Source: an uncultured Acidimicrobiales bacterium
GTDB lineage: Bacteria; Actinomycetota; Acidimicrobiia; Acidimicrobiales; SZUA-35
Assembly (NCBI GenBank): GCA_937922805.1
Contig: CALAJV010000013.1
Span: forward strand, 8,879 to 72,878
Length of the DNA: 64,000 nt
Direction of reading: 5' to 3'
Positions within the stretch are counted from its first letter, which is position 1; every line of letters begins with the position of its first letter. Under the pieces are notes generated by a model that made no database searches, was not told where the DNA came from, and saw nothing but the letters and a program-made list of their open reading frames with translations. Shown here piece after piece: positions 9,939 to 19,864 of the stretch. Both the position numbers and the translations under genes were made by a program.

Positions 9939-10091
9939 ATGAACATCGACGACAACGAAATTGAATGGGACGACTACGGAGCTGAACCTTCCCCTATTTG
10001 CGCGGCCTGCGGCGTGAGCATGCTTCCGCCAGAACCTCCTGGCGGCGATGTGTCGTGCGAAAATCCGGATTGCGCCTCTTTCGATCTGTAA
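9939..10091 (+). CDS. Small (50 aa) putative zinc-ribbon protein
   Basis: My translation: MNIDDNEIEWDDYGAEPSPICAACGVSMLPPEPPGGDVSCENPDCASFDL* (CxxC ... CxxxxC). Fills the gap between the response regulator and prfC; below the ORF-track cutoff. Confidence 0.6.
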   Translation: MNIDDNEIEWDDYGAEPSPICAACGVSMLPPEPPGGDVSCENPDCASFDL

Positions 10092-10265
10092 ACCTAATCG
10101 GGCGAAAATCGTCAAGCGCGTCCGAAGGGTACGGACTCCACTACTGAACCTCAAGGCGGTCAACGGGTCCGACGTCATGGTTGTGACTGGCGACAATGGC
10201 AGAGGGCAGACCTCTCTGTTGATACGGTCAGGCTTTCGACCATTTCTCAGGTACCGTTCGATGCT

Positions 10266-11849
10266 GTGAGTGACCCAATTGTCGAGGCCAAGCGACGTCG
10301 AACGTTCGCTATTATTTCACACCCCGACGCGGGCAAAACTACCTTGACTGAGAAGTTCCTTCTCTACGGCGGGGCGCTAGGCAAAGAGGCAGGCACGGTG
10401 AAGGCTCGAGAAGGCCGTCGTTCCGCTACCTCAGACTGGATGGAACTCGAACAGCAACGAGGGATCTCGATAACCTCAACGGTGCTCCAATTCGAATACC
10501 GCGATTGCGTCGTCAATCTGCTTGACACTCCCGGGCACCGCGATTTCTCTGAAGACACCTATCGGGTATTGGCCGCAGCCGACGCTGCGGTAATGGTCCT
10601 GGACGCAGCGAAGGGAATCGAGCCTCAGACACTCAAACTATTTGAAGTGTGTCGAGAGCGGGAGATCCCGTTTCTGACGTTCATCAATAAGTGGGATCGA
10701 CCCGGTAAAGACCCGCTTCAACTGCTCGACGAGATTGAAGAGACACTCGTAGTCGAGCCAACTCCGGTGACCTGGCCAGTTGGGATACCCGGAGATTTTC
10801 GCGGTGTCGTCCATCGTGGCACCGGGGTTTACACCCGGTTCGAACGAACGGCACGTGGGTCGACAATCGCTCCAGAAGAAGAGGTCGACGAGGCAAGCGC
10901 CGAAGCCCAGGATGGCGAATGGTGGCTTCAAGCCAAAGACGAGGTCGATCTTCTTGATGAAATTGGACGAGTTGTCGACCAAAAAACCTTCCTAGCTGGC
11001 GAGTCGACACCGGTGTTCTTCGGTTCGGCCCTAACTAACTTCGGCGTCCGCTTCTTGCTTGATGGTGTGGTTGACCTTGTTCCGCCGCCAGCGCCGAGAA
11101 TTCTGGCTGATGGCTCGAGACGAGCGTTGGACGACCCGTTCGCCGGACTTGTCTTTAAGGTTCAGGCTGGAATGGACAAATCTCATCGCGATCGGATCGC
11201 GTTCGTACGGGTTTGTTCCGGCCGGTTCGAACGAGGTATCACTGCAATTGCCGAACGCACGGAGCGGCAGTTCTCAACGAAATACGCTCAAGCTATGTTC
11301 GGTCAAGACAGAGACACCGCTGACGAGGCCTACCCCGGCGATGTTCTTGGTCTGGTCAACGCCAACGATCTGCGGGTTGGCGACGCGGTGTATGTGGATA
11401 AGCCTGCGAGCTTTCCTGACTTGCCAGCTTTCGCTCCTGAGCACTTTATGCGAGCCCGGGTAAAGGACACGTCTAAGTTCAAACAGTTCCGCAAAGGAAT
11501 AGCCCAGCTCGACGAAGAAGGCGCCATCCAAGTCCTACGCGACGAGATGGGCGATCAGGCCCCTATTCTCGCGGCCGTCGGTCCGATGCAGTTCGAGGTG
11601 GCCAACTATCGGTTGCAGAACGAGTTTGGCGCCGAGATAGAAATGACGTCGACGCCCTACACCATCGCTCGAAAGACTGATGAAGAGAGCGGCCCACAAC
11701 TCAACGCCATGCAGGGCGTTTCAGTGTTGCGACGAGACAACGGCACGTTCTTGGCCTTGTTCGAAAGCAAGTATTGGATGGATCGGGTATTGGCCGATCA
11801 CCCAGAACTGACGCTTGAGCGAATGGTCGCCGAGGGCGGCCTGGGATAA
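10266..11849 (+). CDS. prfC: Peptide chain release factor 3
   Basis: RRTFAIISHPDAGKTTLTEK, SDWMELEQQRGISI, DTPGHRDFSEDTYR, NKWD, FGSALTNFGV, HRDRIAF. Confidence 0.97.
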   Translation: MSDPIVEAKRRRTFAIISHPDAGKTTLTEKFLLYGGALGKEAGTVKAREGRRSATSDWMELEQQRGISITSTVLQFEYRDCVVNLLDTPGHRDFSEDTYRVLAAADAAVMVLDAAKGIEPQTLKLFEVCREREIPFLTFINKWDRPGKDPLQLLDEIEETLVVEPTPVTWPVGIPGDFRGVVHRGTGVYTRFERTARGSTIAPEEEVDEASAEAQDGEWWLQAKDEVDLLDEIGRVVDQKTFLAGESTPVFFGSALTNFGVRFLLDGVVDLVPPPAPRILADGSRRALDDPFAGLVFKVQAGMDKSHRDRIAFVRVCSGRFERGITAIAERTERQFSTKYAQAMFGQDRDTADEAYPGDVLGLVNANDLRVGDAVYVDKPASFPDLPAFAPEHFMRARVKDTSKFKQFRKGIAQLDEEGAIQVLRDEMGDQAPILAAVGPMQFEVANYRLQNEFGAEIEMTSTPYTIARKTDEESGPQLNAMQGVSVLRRDNGTFLALFESKYWMDRVLADHPELTLERMVAEGGLG

Positions 11850-11861
11850 GATTTCGATCTT

Positions 11862-13523
11862 GTGTGTCATGGCCCATTGTTAGCCCAGTGGTCTCCCCCC
11901 GAACCGGAGAGTTTTGCTGGTCGCGTCGGGCCACTCAGGTTCGCCATCGTTTTGATTCTGCTTGCGGCCTTCGCGGCCACCATCCGGCCTGAGACCTCGA
12001 TCAGCAGTGTTTCCAACGGTGCGGTTGGCAGCGCATTCGATCAGCATTCGGGTGAGGCCGATCAAGCCTCCGAAACGGACACAACTCGCCCCGGCATTCC
12101 GGCCCCAGCTGGCCCCGACCAAGCGATCGACAACACCGGATCAGCGTGGGTCCCATCCGAATCGTCTGGTCAACCTTGGTCGGAACTGGGGGCGGTCGAA
12201 GGCTTGTTGACGTTCCGTGGAAATCCAACCCGATCGTTCTACGGAACGGGGCCGATGCCAACAGCACCAGAGGTACTTTGGCAATACGAAGTTGGATGCT
12301 CCCTTTCAACAGTGGCTGGAGTAGTTAAGGAGTGGTGTGGAACTGGGTGGACTGGCCAGCCGGTTGTGTTTCCGCCAACACCGAAAGCTCAGCAGCAAAC
12401 TTCTTCCCAAGGCAAGGACGATCAGTGGTGGGTCGCATTCGGAGGATTCGACCGACAGGTCAACTTCTTAGACGCCAAGACGGGCCTATCAACCCACGCT
12501 CCGTACCGAACGGCCGACATTATCAAAGGAACGGTCACAGTCGACCCCGATGGTTTCCCGTTGATATACACCGGCAGTCGTGACAACAACTTTCACGTTG
12601 TCGCCATCGACCGGGTTGACCCAGTCGGCCTTTGGCAATTGTCGGCCTACGACAATGGACCTACGCTGTGGAACAACGACTGGGACGGCTCAGCCCTCAT
12701 CGTAGACGACTACCTTTTCGTAGGCGGTGAGAACTCTCGCTTTTACTTTGTGAAACTGAACCGCTCTTATGGTGCCGATGGATTGGTGGATGTCGACCCG
12801 GAGGTGGTGGCATCGGTTGCGAGCTGGGACGATGAACTTTTACGATCGATTGGCGACGTTGAAGTCTCGATCGAAAATTCACCGGCCATTAGCGGCAACG
12901 TTGTGTACTTCGCTAATTCAGGCGGACTAGTCCAAGGGTGGGACATAAGCGGCCTAACGAAGAGCGAGCCACCAACTCAAGTATTTCGTTTCTGGGCCGG
13001 AGACGATACAGACGCTTCAATCGTCGCTGATACCGACGGCATGCTTTACGTAGCTACCGAAACGCAGCGTTCGGTGGCTGGCAGCGGCTCGACCGGGCAG
13101 TTGTTCAAGCTTGACCCGACCAAGATCGAAGATCCAGTTGTGTGGAGCGCCTCGGCTGGCCCGAAATCGGCCGGTGGCATTTTTGCCACGCCTTCCCTCT
13201 ATGAAGACAAGCTGGTCGTCGTTCCAACCGACGGTGGCCAGCTGCTTGGATTCGACCAAACAACCGGAGCGAGGCGATGGTCGGTCGATCTACCGGGCCC
13301 GCTTTGGTCTTCACCGGTCATCGTTGACGACGCTCTGATCCAGGGGGACTGCTCAGGACGCCTCAATCAATTTGATCTCGGCGACGACAGCACAGCCAAG
13401 CCAACCCTTACCTGGTCGGTTTCTCTGAACGGATGTATCGAATCAACGCCAGCTGTTTGGAACGGTCAGATCTTTGTCGGAACCAGAGCCGGCACGTTTT
13501 ACAGCGTCGGCGAACCGAGCTGA
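11862..13523 (+). CDS. Secreted or membrane-anchored PQQ-like beta-propeller protein
   Basis: N-terminal hydrophobic helix; TFRGNPTR, GWTGQP; repeated W...SSP/STP blades (LWSSPVI, IESTPAVW). Start uncertain. Confidence 0.8.
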   Translation: MCHGPLLAQWSPPEPESFAGRVGPLRFAIVLILLAAFAATIRPETSISSVSNGAVGSAFDQHSGEADQASETDTTRPGIPAPAGPDQAIDNTGSAWVPSESSGQPWSELGAVEGLLTFRGNPTRSFYGTGPMPTAPEVLWQYEVGCSLSTVAGVVKEWCGTGWTGQPVVFPPTPKAQQQTSSQGKDDQWWVAFGGFDRQVNFLDAKTGLSTHAPYRTADIIKGTVTVDPDGFPLIYTGSRDNNFHVVAIDRVDPVGLWQLSAYDNGPTLWNNDWDGSALIVDDYLFVGGENSRFYFVKLNRSYGADGLVDVDPEVVASVASWDDELLRSIGDVEVSIENSPAISGNVVYFANSGGLVQGWDISGLTKSEPPTQVFRFWAGDDTDASIVADTDGMLYVATETQRSVAGSGSTGQLFKLDPTKIEDPVVWSASAGPKSAGGIFATPSLYEDKLVVVPTDGGQLLGFDQTTGARRWSVDLPGPLWSSPVIVDDALIQGDCSGRLNQFDLGDDSTAKPTLTWSVSLNGCIESTPAVWNGQIFVGTRAGTFYSVGEPS

Positions 13524-13568
13524 GCTGTTCGGACCTGGCCCCCCGGAACTGCCGTTCAGAACTCAGCC

Positions 13569-14996
13569 CTACTCAAAGTTGACGAGGATCTCTTCGCTGC
13601 CGACTAACCGTCGAGAACCTTCAGGCCCGATGTAAACCTGACCTCGGATCGAACCGGGCCCTACTTGGAAACCTTGGCCTTCTACGTCGATGCGGCCAAC
13701 GTTCTCATCCCCACATTTGAGTACTGAAATATCACCCTGGATTACGTTCCAGCAGTATTGGGTTAACTCCGGACGGGCCGCCGATCGAACTTTCAAGCGA
13801 TCGACCAGTGAAACCATGTCGCTGTCTACAGGCAGTCTGAGCACGGACTGCGTGAGTAGCTCTAGCGTGACGGTGTCAGTCCCGACGAGTTCGCCCTCGA
13901 AGGTGTAGATCTCAAGAACGACTGTTGCGTTGCCAAGCACCGACACCCCGTCGCTCGACGTGTTTGCCTCATCAGCGCAGAACCTTGAACTCTCGCCACT
14001 AGTCTCGTACCCGACTGCCCAGCAGTAGGTGTAATCGTCAACGTCGGGAGAGGCCGAGAGCTGGAGGCCTGAAGTACCGCCATCAACAACGCCTACGATG
14101 CTGACCTCAACCTCAACCGGGACCGTTGTCGATTCCACCAACGAGGTTGTGGTGCTGCCGGCTTGCCCGTCACCACCGCTTGCTCCTGTCGGGATCGATG
14201 TTGCCGACCCTGTCGGCTCTGTGTCGAGCGATGTGGTAGTCACGACGCTCGGCACGTAGGTTGTTTCGAAATCGGTCGTTGTCGGAGCAGTTGTATCGGC
14301 CGAAACAGGATCGGTCGTGAAGGGGATGTCGTTATCGGGGTCGAACGGAACGAACTCGTCTTGGTAAACGTCAACAGCGTCGGGATCAACGTCTTCATCA
14401 CCGTCTGTTACGCCAACCACGATTGTGGATGGCGCCTGCTGCAATGGGCCAAGAGTCGTCGACGTCGCTCCAGGCAAATCGGATCGGGGTAGCGCCGGTC
14501 GACTTTCAACCGCCAAATCTCCGATGCCGAAGTTGTTACTTCGAGATTCGTTCGCCGGTGCTGTATCAAATCGAACTGTCGTGTCTACATCAGAGACAGT
14601 CGCATCAACAACTTCGTCTCCGCTTTTGCCGAACAGGAAAAACATGACCGAGCCGAGAGCAAGCCCGAACAAGATCTGACCTACGAGTTGCCGACGAGTA
14701 GCTCGGACCGGTTTACGGGCGGCCAATCGATCAATCGGGGCGCCGGAACTGTCAGGCTCGTCGGCAGCGCCACCGACCTCGACGTCAACAAGGGGAACGA
14801 CTGCCTCATCTACCACGAGCTCGTCCCCGGAAGCTCCAGAAGTTGGCTCTGCGCTGAGGTCCGAGAGCGGCGTCGAGTCATCGCTGGTTTCGGTTTCGGT
14901 CATGTGCTGTTCGACTTCAGGCGGCCGAGCGGGCGCGTTGCGCTCTAGCATCGCCGACTGCGTAGATCGACTTCCACCGGAATTGTCTTCACTCAT
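13569..14996 (-). CDS. Hypothetical single-pass membrane protein with a Thr/Asp-rich linker and two Cys-containing beta domains
   Basis: One TM (ILFGLALGSVMFFLF); low-complexity T/D/P stretch; repeated YCW...C motif. Confidence 0.7.
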   Translation of the reverse strand: MSEDNSGGSRSTQSAMLERNAPARPPEVEQHMTETETSDDSTPLSDLSAEPTSGASGDELVVDEAVVPLVDVEVGGAADEPDSSGAPIDRLAARKPVRATRRQLVGQILFGLALGSVMFFLFGKSGDEVVDATVSDVDTTVRFDTAPANESRSNNFGIGDLAVESRPALPRSDLPGATSTTLGPLQQAPSTIVVGVTDGDEDVDPDAVDVYQDEFVPFDPDNDIPFTTDPVSADTTAPTTTDFETTYVPSVVTTTSLDTEPTGSATSIPTGASGGDGQAGSTTTSLVESTTVPVEVEVSIVGVVDGGTSGLQLSASPDVDDYTYCWAVGYETSGESSRFCADEANTSSDGVSVLGNATVVLEIYTFEGELVGTDTVTLELLTQSVLRLPVDSDMVSLVDRLKVRSAARPELTQYCWNVIQGDISVLKCGDENVGRIDVEGQGFQVGPGSIRGQVYIGPEGSRRLVGSEEILVNFE

Positions 14997-15201
14997 AACG
15001 CCCCGAGAATTAGCTTCCCGAGCCTTTCTGATAACGCTGCAGCCCTAGCTCCGCACTGACCCAACATTTAGCTTTTCGAAGTAAAACGCAACAGCCAGAC
15101 ATCACACCCGCCCGGTAGCCACGCCAGCTACTTCGTACACATTGTTACCCACTGTAGCCTCAACGGAAGCGGTCGTGGCTGCCGCCTCGCTCTGTAGTGA
15201 T

Positions 15202-16566
15202 TTAGCCCACGTTGGAGACCGTCGGTTCTGGTTTCCATTTGTGTTGGACAACGCTCGCGTCTCCAGCTGCCAAGAAAAACAGGAAACCGGTGAAGGTGGC
15301 GCCGGCGGCGACGAAAAAGGCAATCCGATAGTCGAACGCGTCCCGGAGAACTCCGAGCAACAACGGACCGCCGGCCACTCCAATGGTGCCAAACAGCTGA
15401 TTAAAACTATAAATCCGACTGTAGTTGGCAACGCCGAACACCTCGGCTAGCAGGAGTGGTTGAAGCATCAGTAAATTGCCAATGCTGATTCCAAAGAATG
15501 CTGCGCTCATGATCAGAGCGGTTTCATTTTGAGAAACAGCTAGCAAGATAAGGGCTGCCGATTGCAACACGACGAGAACTGCGCCAAGCCACTTAGTCGA
15601 AACTTTCAAGACCAAAGCACCACCAATGAGACGAGCCAACACGCTCGAAAAAGCCAGAGCAGAAAGTGCTGTCGAAGCAACAGCAACATCGGTCCGTTCT
15701 TGCACCATTTTGAAAAGCTGAGCGATTCCTCCTACTTGGCCGAAGAAGATGGCACAGTACGCCGCGCACAACGCAATAAAAAAGCGGGTCTTTCGAGCCG
15801 AAGCAAAGTCGAGGCCCAAAACGGTTTTGACCTGATTGGGTTGCGACTGGTCGGGCTGATCAACCATCGGGCTTTCAACCTCACCGTCTGGTTGAAGACC
15901 TCGCTCTGAAGGATCAGAACGCACGAGCAGAAGTGCTACTGGCACGATTCCAACAAACCAGATCAACGCCATCACTGGCCCAGCGTCGGAAAGAGATCGC
16001 TGATCGATCAACCAAGCAGCGACCGGGGTTAGGACGATCCCGCCAACGGACAATCCAGTTGACGCTACCGATAGCGCTACTGACCGGCGACGGTCGAACC
16101 AGCGGGTTACTACCGTAGTACTCGGTACTAATCCGGCCAGTCCGAATCCTACGCCGAACAGAGCGAAGAATAGGTAGAGCCCCGCAACGTTTGTTACCCA
16201 ACGCAAGCTGTAGAGAGCTACGGCTCCGACAACACCACCGGCAGTAAAGAAAACTCGGAGATCGGACGTATCCATCCATTTCGAAAGGGCGAAACCGGTG
16301 AGTCCGCCGACGGCGAAGAACACGCCGGTAGCACCAGACACAGCGGCTACTGACGCTCCGAGCTCATCGGTAGCGGCGGCGAGAATAACTGAAGCGTTGT
16401 AGAACCCGAGCCCGGAGGAAAACAACAGGATGAAAAATACCGCCCCGACGACAACCCAACCGTAAAACGGCCCCCTTTGGCTGACTTGGACCGATCCGGC
16501 CGTTTCGCCGTCGAGTTCGGATATTTGCACCAGTGCAGTCGACCACACATCGCCAGCTAACACCAA
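15202..16566 (-). CDS. MFS transporter (MCT/OFA-like)
   Basis: FYGWVVV, about 12 TM segments, VTRWFDRRRSVA, LLAEVFG. Confidence 0.9.
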   Translation of the reverse strand: MVLAGDVWSTALVQISELDGETAGSVQVSQRGPFYGWVVVGAVFFILLFSSGLGFYNASVILAAATDELGASVAAVSGATGVFFAVGGLTGFALSKWMDTSDLRVFFTAGGVVGAVALYSLRWVTNVAGLYLFFALFGVGFGLAGLVPSTTVVTRWFDRRRSVALSVASTGLSVGGIVLTPVAAWLIDQRSLSDAGPVMALIWFVGIVPVALLLVRSDPSERGLQPDGEVESPMVDQPDQSQPNQVKTVLGLDFASARKTRFFIALCAAYCAIFFGQVGGIAQLFKMVQERTDVAVASTALSALAFSSVLARLIGGALVLKVSTKWLGAVLVVLQSAALILLAVSQNETALIMSAAFFGISIGNLLMLQPLLLAEVFGVANYSRIYSFNQLFGTIGVAGGPLLLGVLRDAFDYRIAFFVAAGATFTGFLFFLAAGDASVVQHKWKPEPTVSNVG

Positions 16567-16743
16567 GTTTCGGATCCGATGCCCCCCAAGTCGTAAACAC
16601 CGAATAGAAGCCGCCAGGCAAGGCTCGGCTCCGAGGCCCCTTCGACCAGAGAAACCGCAGTAATCGATTCTGGGCCGACGCCATTTGGTTCGGACCGGAG
16701 AACTCTTGGTTAACGGCTCAGCTCCCGAAGTAGTATCTGGCCA

Positions 16744-17637
16744 ATGTCTGCATCACGGTACGACCCGATCCAAAAAGCACTTGAGTTGGTTGAGGTTAGC
16801 CTTTCCAAACCACTAGCCGTAAAACAAATTGCCGCCGATGTCGGGGTATCTTCGTTTCACTTCCAACGCCTGTTTGTTCGGGATATGGGAGAAACCGTTT
16901 CTAACTACGCGCGTAGCCGTCGACTGGAACGGGCAGCGACAATCCTCATTGAACAACCGACAATCAACCTTCTCGACCTCGCCCTCGAATGTGGCTTCCA
17001 GACTCATAGCGCGTTTACTCGAGCATTCCGACGCCAGTTTGGTATGACGCCGACAGAGTTTGTTGACGGTGGAGGTCACGCCTTGTTGCAGGCGTCTAGC
17101 GATGCTCGGCCTTTCTTGACGCCAGCGCGAGCCAACGAACTGGACCATGACGTCACTATGAGAGATCTCCCGGACATGTGGTTGATGGCTCGTGGCCATA
17201 CCGGCGTCTCTGGTGGCACGTACTTTGTCGAAGAAAACGAAATCGCTGAAGGGTTTCAGGAGCTAGTGGCTGAAATGCCAAGCTCGTTGTCATCGCTGTG
17301 CGGGGCGTTCAAAGTCGGGCCCAAAGGCCTTTCTGACCCTGATGCGATTGGCCAGTACGGTGGGATATTCGACGAAAAACCTGGCAGCGAATGGGGTGAA
17401 ATTGTCGAGCCGGTTCCGGCTGGCGAATGGGCGGTCTTTCCCCATCACGGATCGCTCAATCGCCTGCATATGACCTGGAACAAGGCTGTCCGGTCGTGGC
17501 TTCCACAGGCCGACTTCGATCTCCGCCCGGAGTGGATGTTTGAATTTTACTATGCCGGCCCCGACGTCGTGGATCCGAAGCAGCTAACAGCAGAAATCTT
17601 CCTACCGGTGGAAAAGAGCACGAACGGGACAATCTGA
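16744..17637 (+). CDS. AraC-family regulator with C-terminal GyrI-like ligand domain
   Basis: SSFHFQRLF, LALECGFQTHSAFTRAFRRQFGMTP; C-terminal WAVFPHHG..WLP..EIFLPV. TAGTAT 7 nt before ATG. Confidence 0.92.
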   Translation: MSASRYDPIQKALELVEVSLSKPLAVKQIAADVGVSSFHFQRLFVRDMGETVSNYARSRRLERAATILIEQPTINLLDLALECGFQTHSAFTRAFRRQFGMTPTEFVDGGGHALLQASSDARPFLTPARANELDHDVTMRDLPDMWLMARGHTGVSGGTYFVEENEIAEGFQELVAEMPSSLSSLCGAFKVGPKGLSDPDAIGQYGGIFDEKPGSEWGEIVEPVPAGEWAVFPHHGSLNRLHMTWNKAVRSWLPQADFDLRPEWMFEFYYAGPDVVDPKQLTAEIFLPVEKSTNGTI

Positions 17638-17684
17638 CAGGTCACGAGTGGCTAACAATAGAGGTAGACCCTACGGAGGCCACC

Positions 17685-19112
17685 ATGTCACGATCTCTCA
17701 TAACCTGTTCTGCATCCAGAATTGTCGCTGAACTTTCCAGCGGACACCTGACCCAAGAAGATGTTGTCGATGCGTTGACTCGTCAACGAGAAAAAGCAAA
17801 CGGCGACATCAACGCTTTCGAATTCATCGCACCATCAAATCACGATGATTGCAGTGGCCCTCTATCCGGGCTACCTATCACCGTCAAAGATCAAATCGCA
17901 GTTGCTGGGATGCCGCTCAACCACGGCTTGGATCGACTGAACCGAAAACCACCGGAACAGACAGCTCCGGTTGTACGTCAGTTCTTGAACGCTGGGGCGA
18001 AGGTGCACGGCAAAACAACGTTACCTCCCTATGCGATGGACTTTCAGACCTTCAACAAACGCAACGGCCCAACCTGCAACCCTTGGAATCTGGAGTTGAC
18101 TGCTGGAGGCTCGTCGGGAGGCGGTGCTGCTGCGGTAGCTAGCGGTATGAGCTTTCTTGATATCGGGGCCGACCTGAGCGGCTCGTTGCGACTACCAGCC
18201 GCTTTCTGTGGTGTCTTTTCATTGATGCCGACCGATGGAAAGGTTGATTCAAATGGCTTGTTGCCGCGAGGGCAGGTGCTCAACAACTTCGCCCGACCGG
18301 GAGCTATCGCCCGCGGCGTCGACGACCTCGCCCTGGCTTGGGCCGTGATGTCGGATGAGGCTCAAGCCAAGATGCCGCTAACCGACGTTCAGATTGCTGT
18401 TTGGGACGATGCGTCGAGTCGGTTACCGGCCTCTCGAAGCGTGGTATCTGCGCTTACAGCAGCTTGTGAAACTCTTTCCCCCGAAGAAGGTATCGACCTG
18501 ATCGAAACACCGCTAGAGCAACTATTTGCCGATGAGGTGTATGCCTGCTTTGGCGAGATCATGGGCTACGAAACGGGAGCGTTGATGCCAGCGCCGATTC
18601 GGGCGTTGGAACGTATCACCGGCAAGGCAGCCGCCAAGAACTCTCCCAAGTTTCTCAAGCACGTGCATGAGGGCTATCGCCAAGACAAAGCCAGCTACGG
18701 TCGAGCCCTCGACAACCGGGATAGCCTGCGGGCAGCTTTTGAACAATCGTGGGCGAACTCCGATGCGCTGTTGATCCCGGTTTGCGGTGTACAGCCTTTC
18801 CCCCACCAAACACCGGATCGTGATCGTGGGGGCATCCGCAACTATTGCACTATGTTCGATGTTGGAGACACCAAGGTTGGCTACTTCGATGCGCTGACCT
18901 CGTTCACCGTTCCGGTTTCACTGATGGGCAACCCGGTTGTGACCCTACCTTTAGGGCTGGACCGCGAGGGTCTGCCGGTTGGAGCGCAACTGGTAGGTAA
19001 AGTTGGCGGCGAACTAGAGCTTTTAGCTGTCGCAGACAAAGTCGCATCGGTTCTTCCTGACCTGCACAACCCGTACCTGCCAAGCGAACGACAAACACAC
19101 GGTGCTTCCTGA
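17685..19112 (+). CDS. Amidase-signature family enzyme
   Basis: PITVKD (Lys), GGSSGGGAAA, GADLSGSLRLPAAFCG, GLPVGAQLVG. Confidence 0.93.
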   Translation: MSRSLITCSASRIVAELSSGHLTQEDVVDALTRQREKANGDINAFEFIAPSNHDDCSGPLSGLPITVKDQIAVAGMPLNHGLDRLNRKPPEQTAPVVRQFLNAGAKVHGKTTLPPYAMDFQTFNKRNGPTCNPWNLELTAGGSSGGGAAAVASGMSFLDIGADLSGSLRLPAAFCGVFSLMPTDGKVDSNGLLPRGQVLNNFARPGAIARGVDDLALAWAVMSDEAQAKMPLTDVQIAVWDDASSRLPASRSVVSALTAACETLSPEEGIDLIETPLEQLFADEVYACFGEIMGYETGALMPAPIRALERITGKAAAKNSPKFLKHVHEGYRQDKASYGRALDNRDSLRAAFEQSWANSDALLIPVCGVQPFPHQTPDRDRGGIRNYCTMFDVGDTKVGYFDALTSFTVPVSLMGNPVVTLPLGLDREGLPVGAQLVGKVGGELELLAVADKVASVLPDLHNPYLPSERQTHGAS

Positions 19113-19187
19113 TTGGTTTGAGGTAACAACCATTCTGGGAAACGAACATACGAACCACGACCGCTACTAACCGGACAGAGAAACACT

Positions 19188-19511
19188 ATGCAGTTTGACA
19201 AAGATCTTGAATCCGAACACAGAGAACTGTTCCTACAAGCACGAGACTTCTTGCTCTCCTTTGAAGGGATAGTCGAAACAAAGAAGGAGCGGATTACGAC
19301 CTACAGCAATGCGAAGGGCGGAGTCTGCCATATGCGAACCATGCCCCATGGAATCGATTTCGGGTTCCTTAAGGGAGCGAAGATGGAGGACCGTCTCGGG
19401 CTCTTAACCGGCAAAGGGAAGGCGATTCGAGTCTTGCCTCAAACCGAATTGGACAAGGAAGCGGTCGAATACTATCTGGAGCAAGCCATCAAAATTAATT
19501 CGGAAAAGTAG
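19188..19511 (+). CDS. DUF1801/YdhG-like small protein
   Basis: DFGFLKGAKMED..LLTGKGKAIR..YYLEQAI pattern. Confidence 0.7.
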   Translation: MQFDKDLESEHRELFLQARDFLLSFEGIVETKKERITTYSNAKGGVCHMRTMPHGIDFGFLKGAKMEDRLGLLTGKGKAIRVLPQTELDKEAVEYYLEQAIKINSEK

Positions 19512-19602
19512 GGCCGGATTAGTTCCGTGAATCCGGTCCCTCTCGAACCAAGAGCGTGTAGCTCTGGCTGCCGCAGCAGCACAAGTGGCACTGGGTTGGT
19601 AG

Positions 19603-19676
19603 TGGAGCTGAGGAGAATCGAACTCCTGACCCCCTGCATGCAAAGCAGGTGCTCTAGCCAACTGAGCTACAGCCCC
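19603..19676 (-). tRNA. tRNA-Ala (anticodon TGC); CCA not encoded
   Basis: GGGGCTGTAGCTCAGTTGGCTAGAGCACCTGCTTTGCATGCAGGGGGTCAGGAGTTCGATTCTCCTCAGCTCCA folds as a cloverleaf with the G3:U70 Ala determinant. Confidence 0.97.
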
Positions 19677-19864
19677 ATAACCAGGAACCTAGGCTAGCGG
19701 GTGAACTGACGACTCACTGGCAATTTGTGCTGGAGATTTCACCTATTTGCCGAACAACTGATCAGCGGGGGCTGAGAGGCGGCAGACATCGGCCCGTTTA
19801 GTCGATTTCCAGCCTGGAATGGGCCCGATCTAGCAGGCACAACTGGGCGATCTAGACTACTACG

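Noticed and set aside
9891-10269. Track ORFs 9891..10196 (-) and 10048..10269 (+)
   Set aside because: No recognisable motifs; the 50-aa Cys-motif ORF at 9939-10091 explains the gap better.
16717-16725. CTCAGCTCC matching the tRNA-Ala 3' end as a possible att site
   Set aside because: Only 9 bp and inverted relative to the tRNA; att duplications are direct, and no integrase is present.
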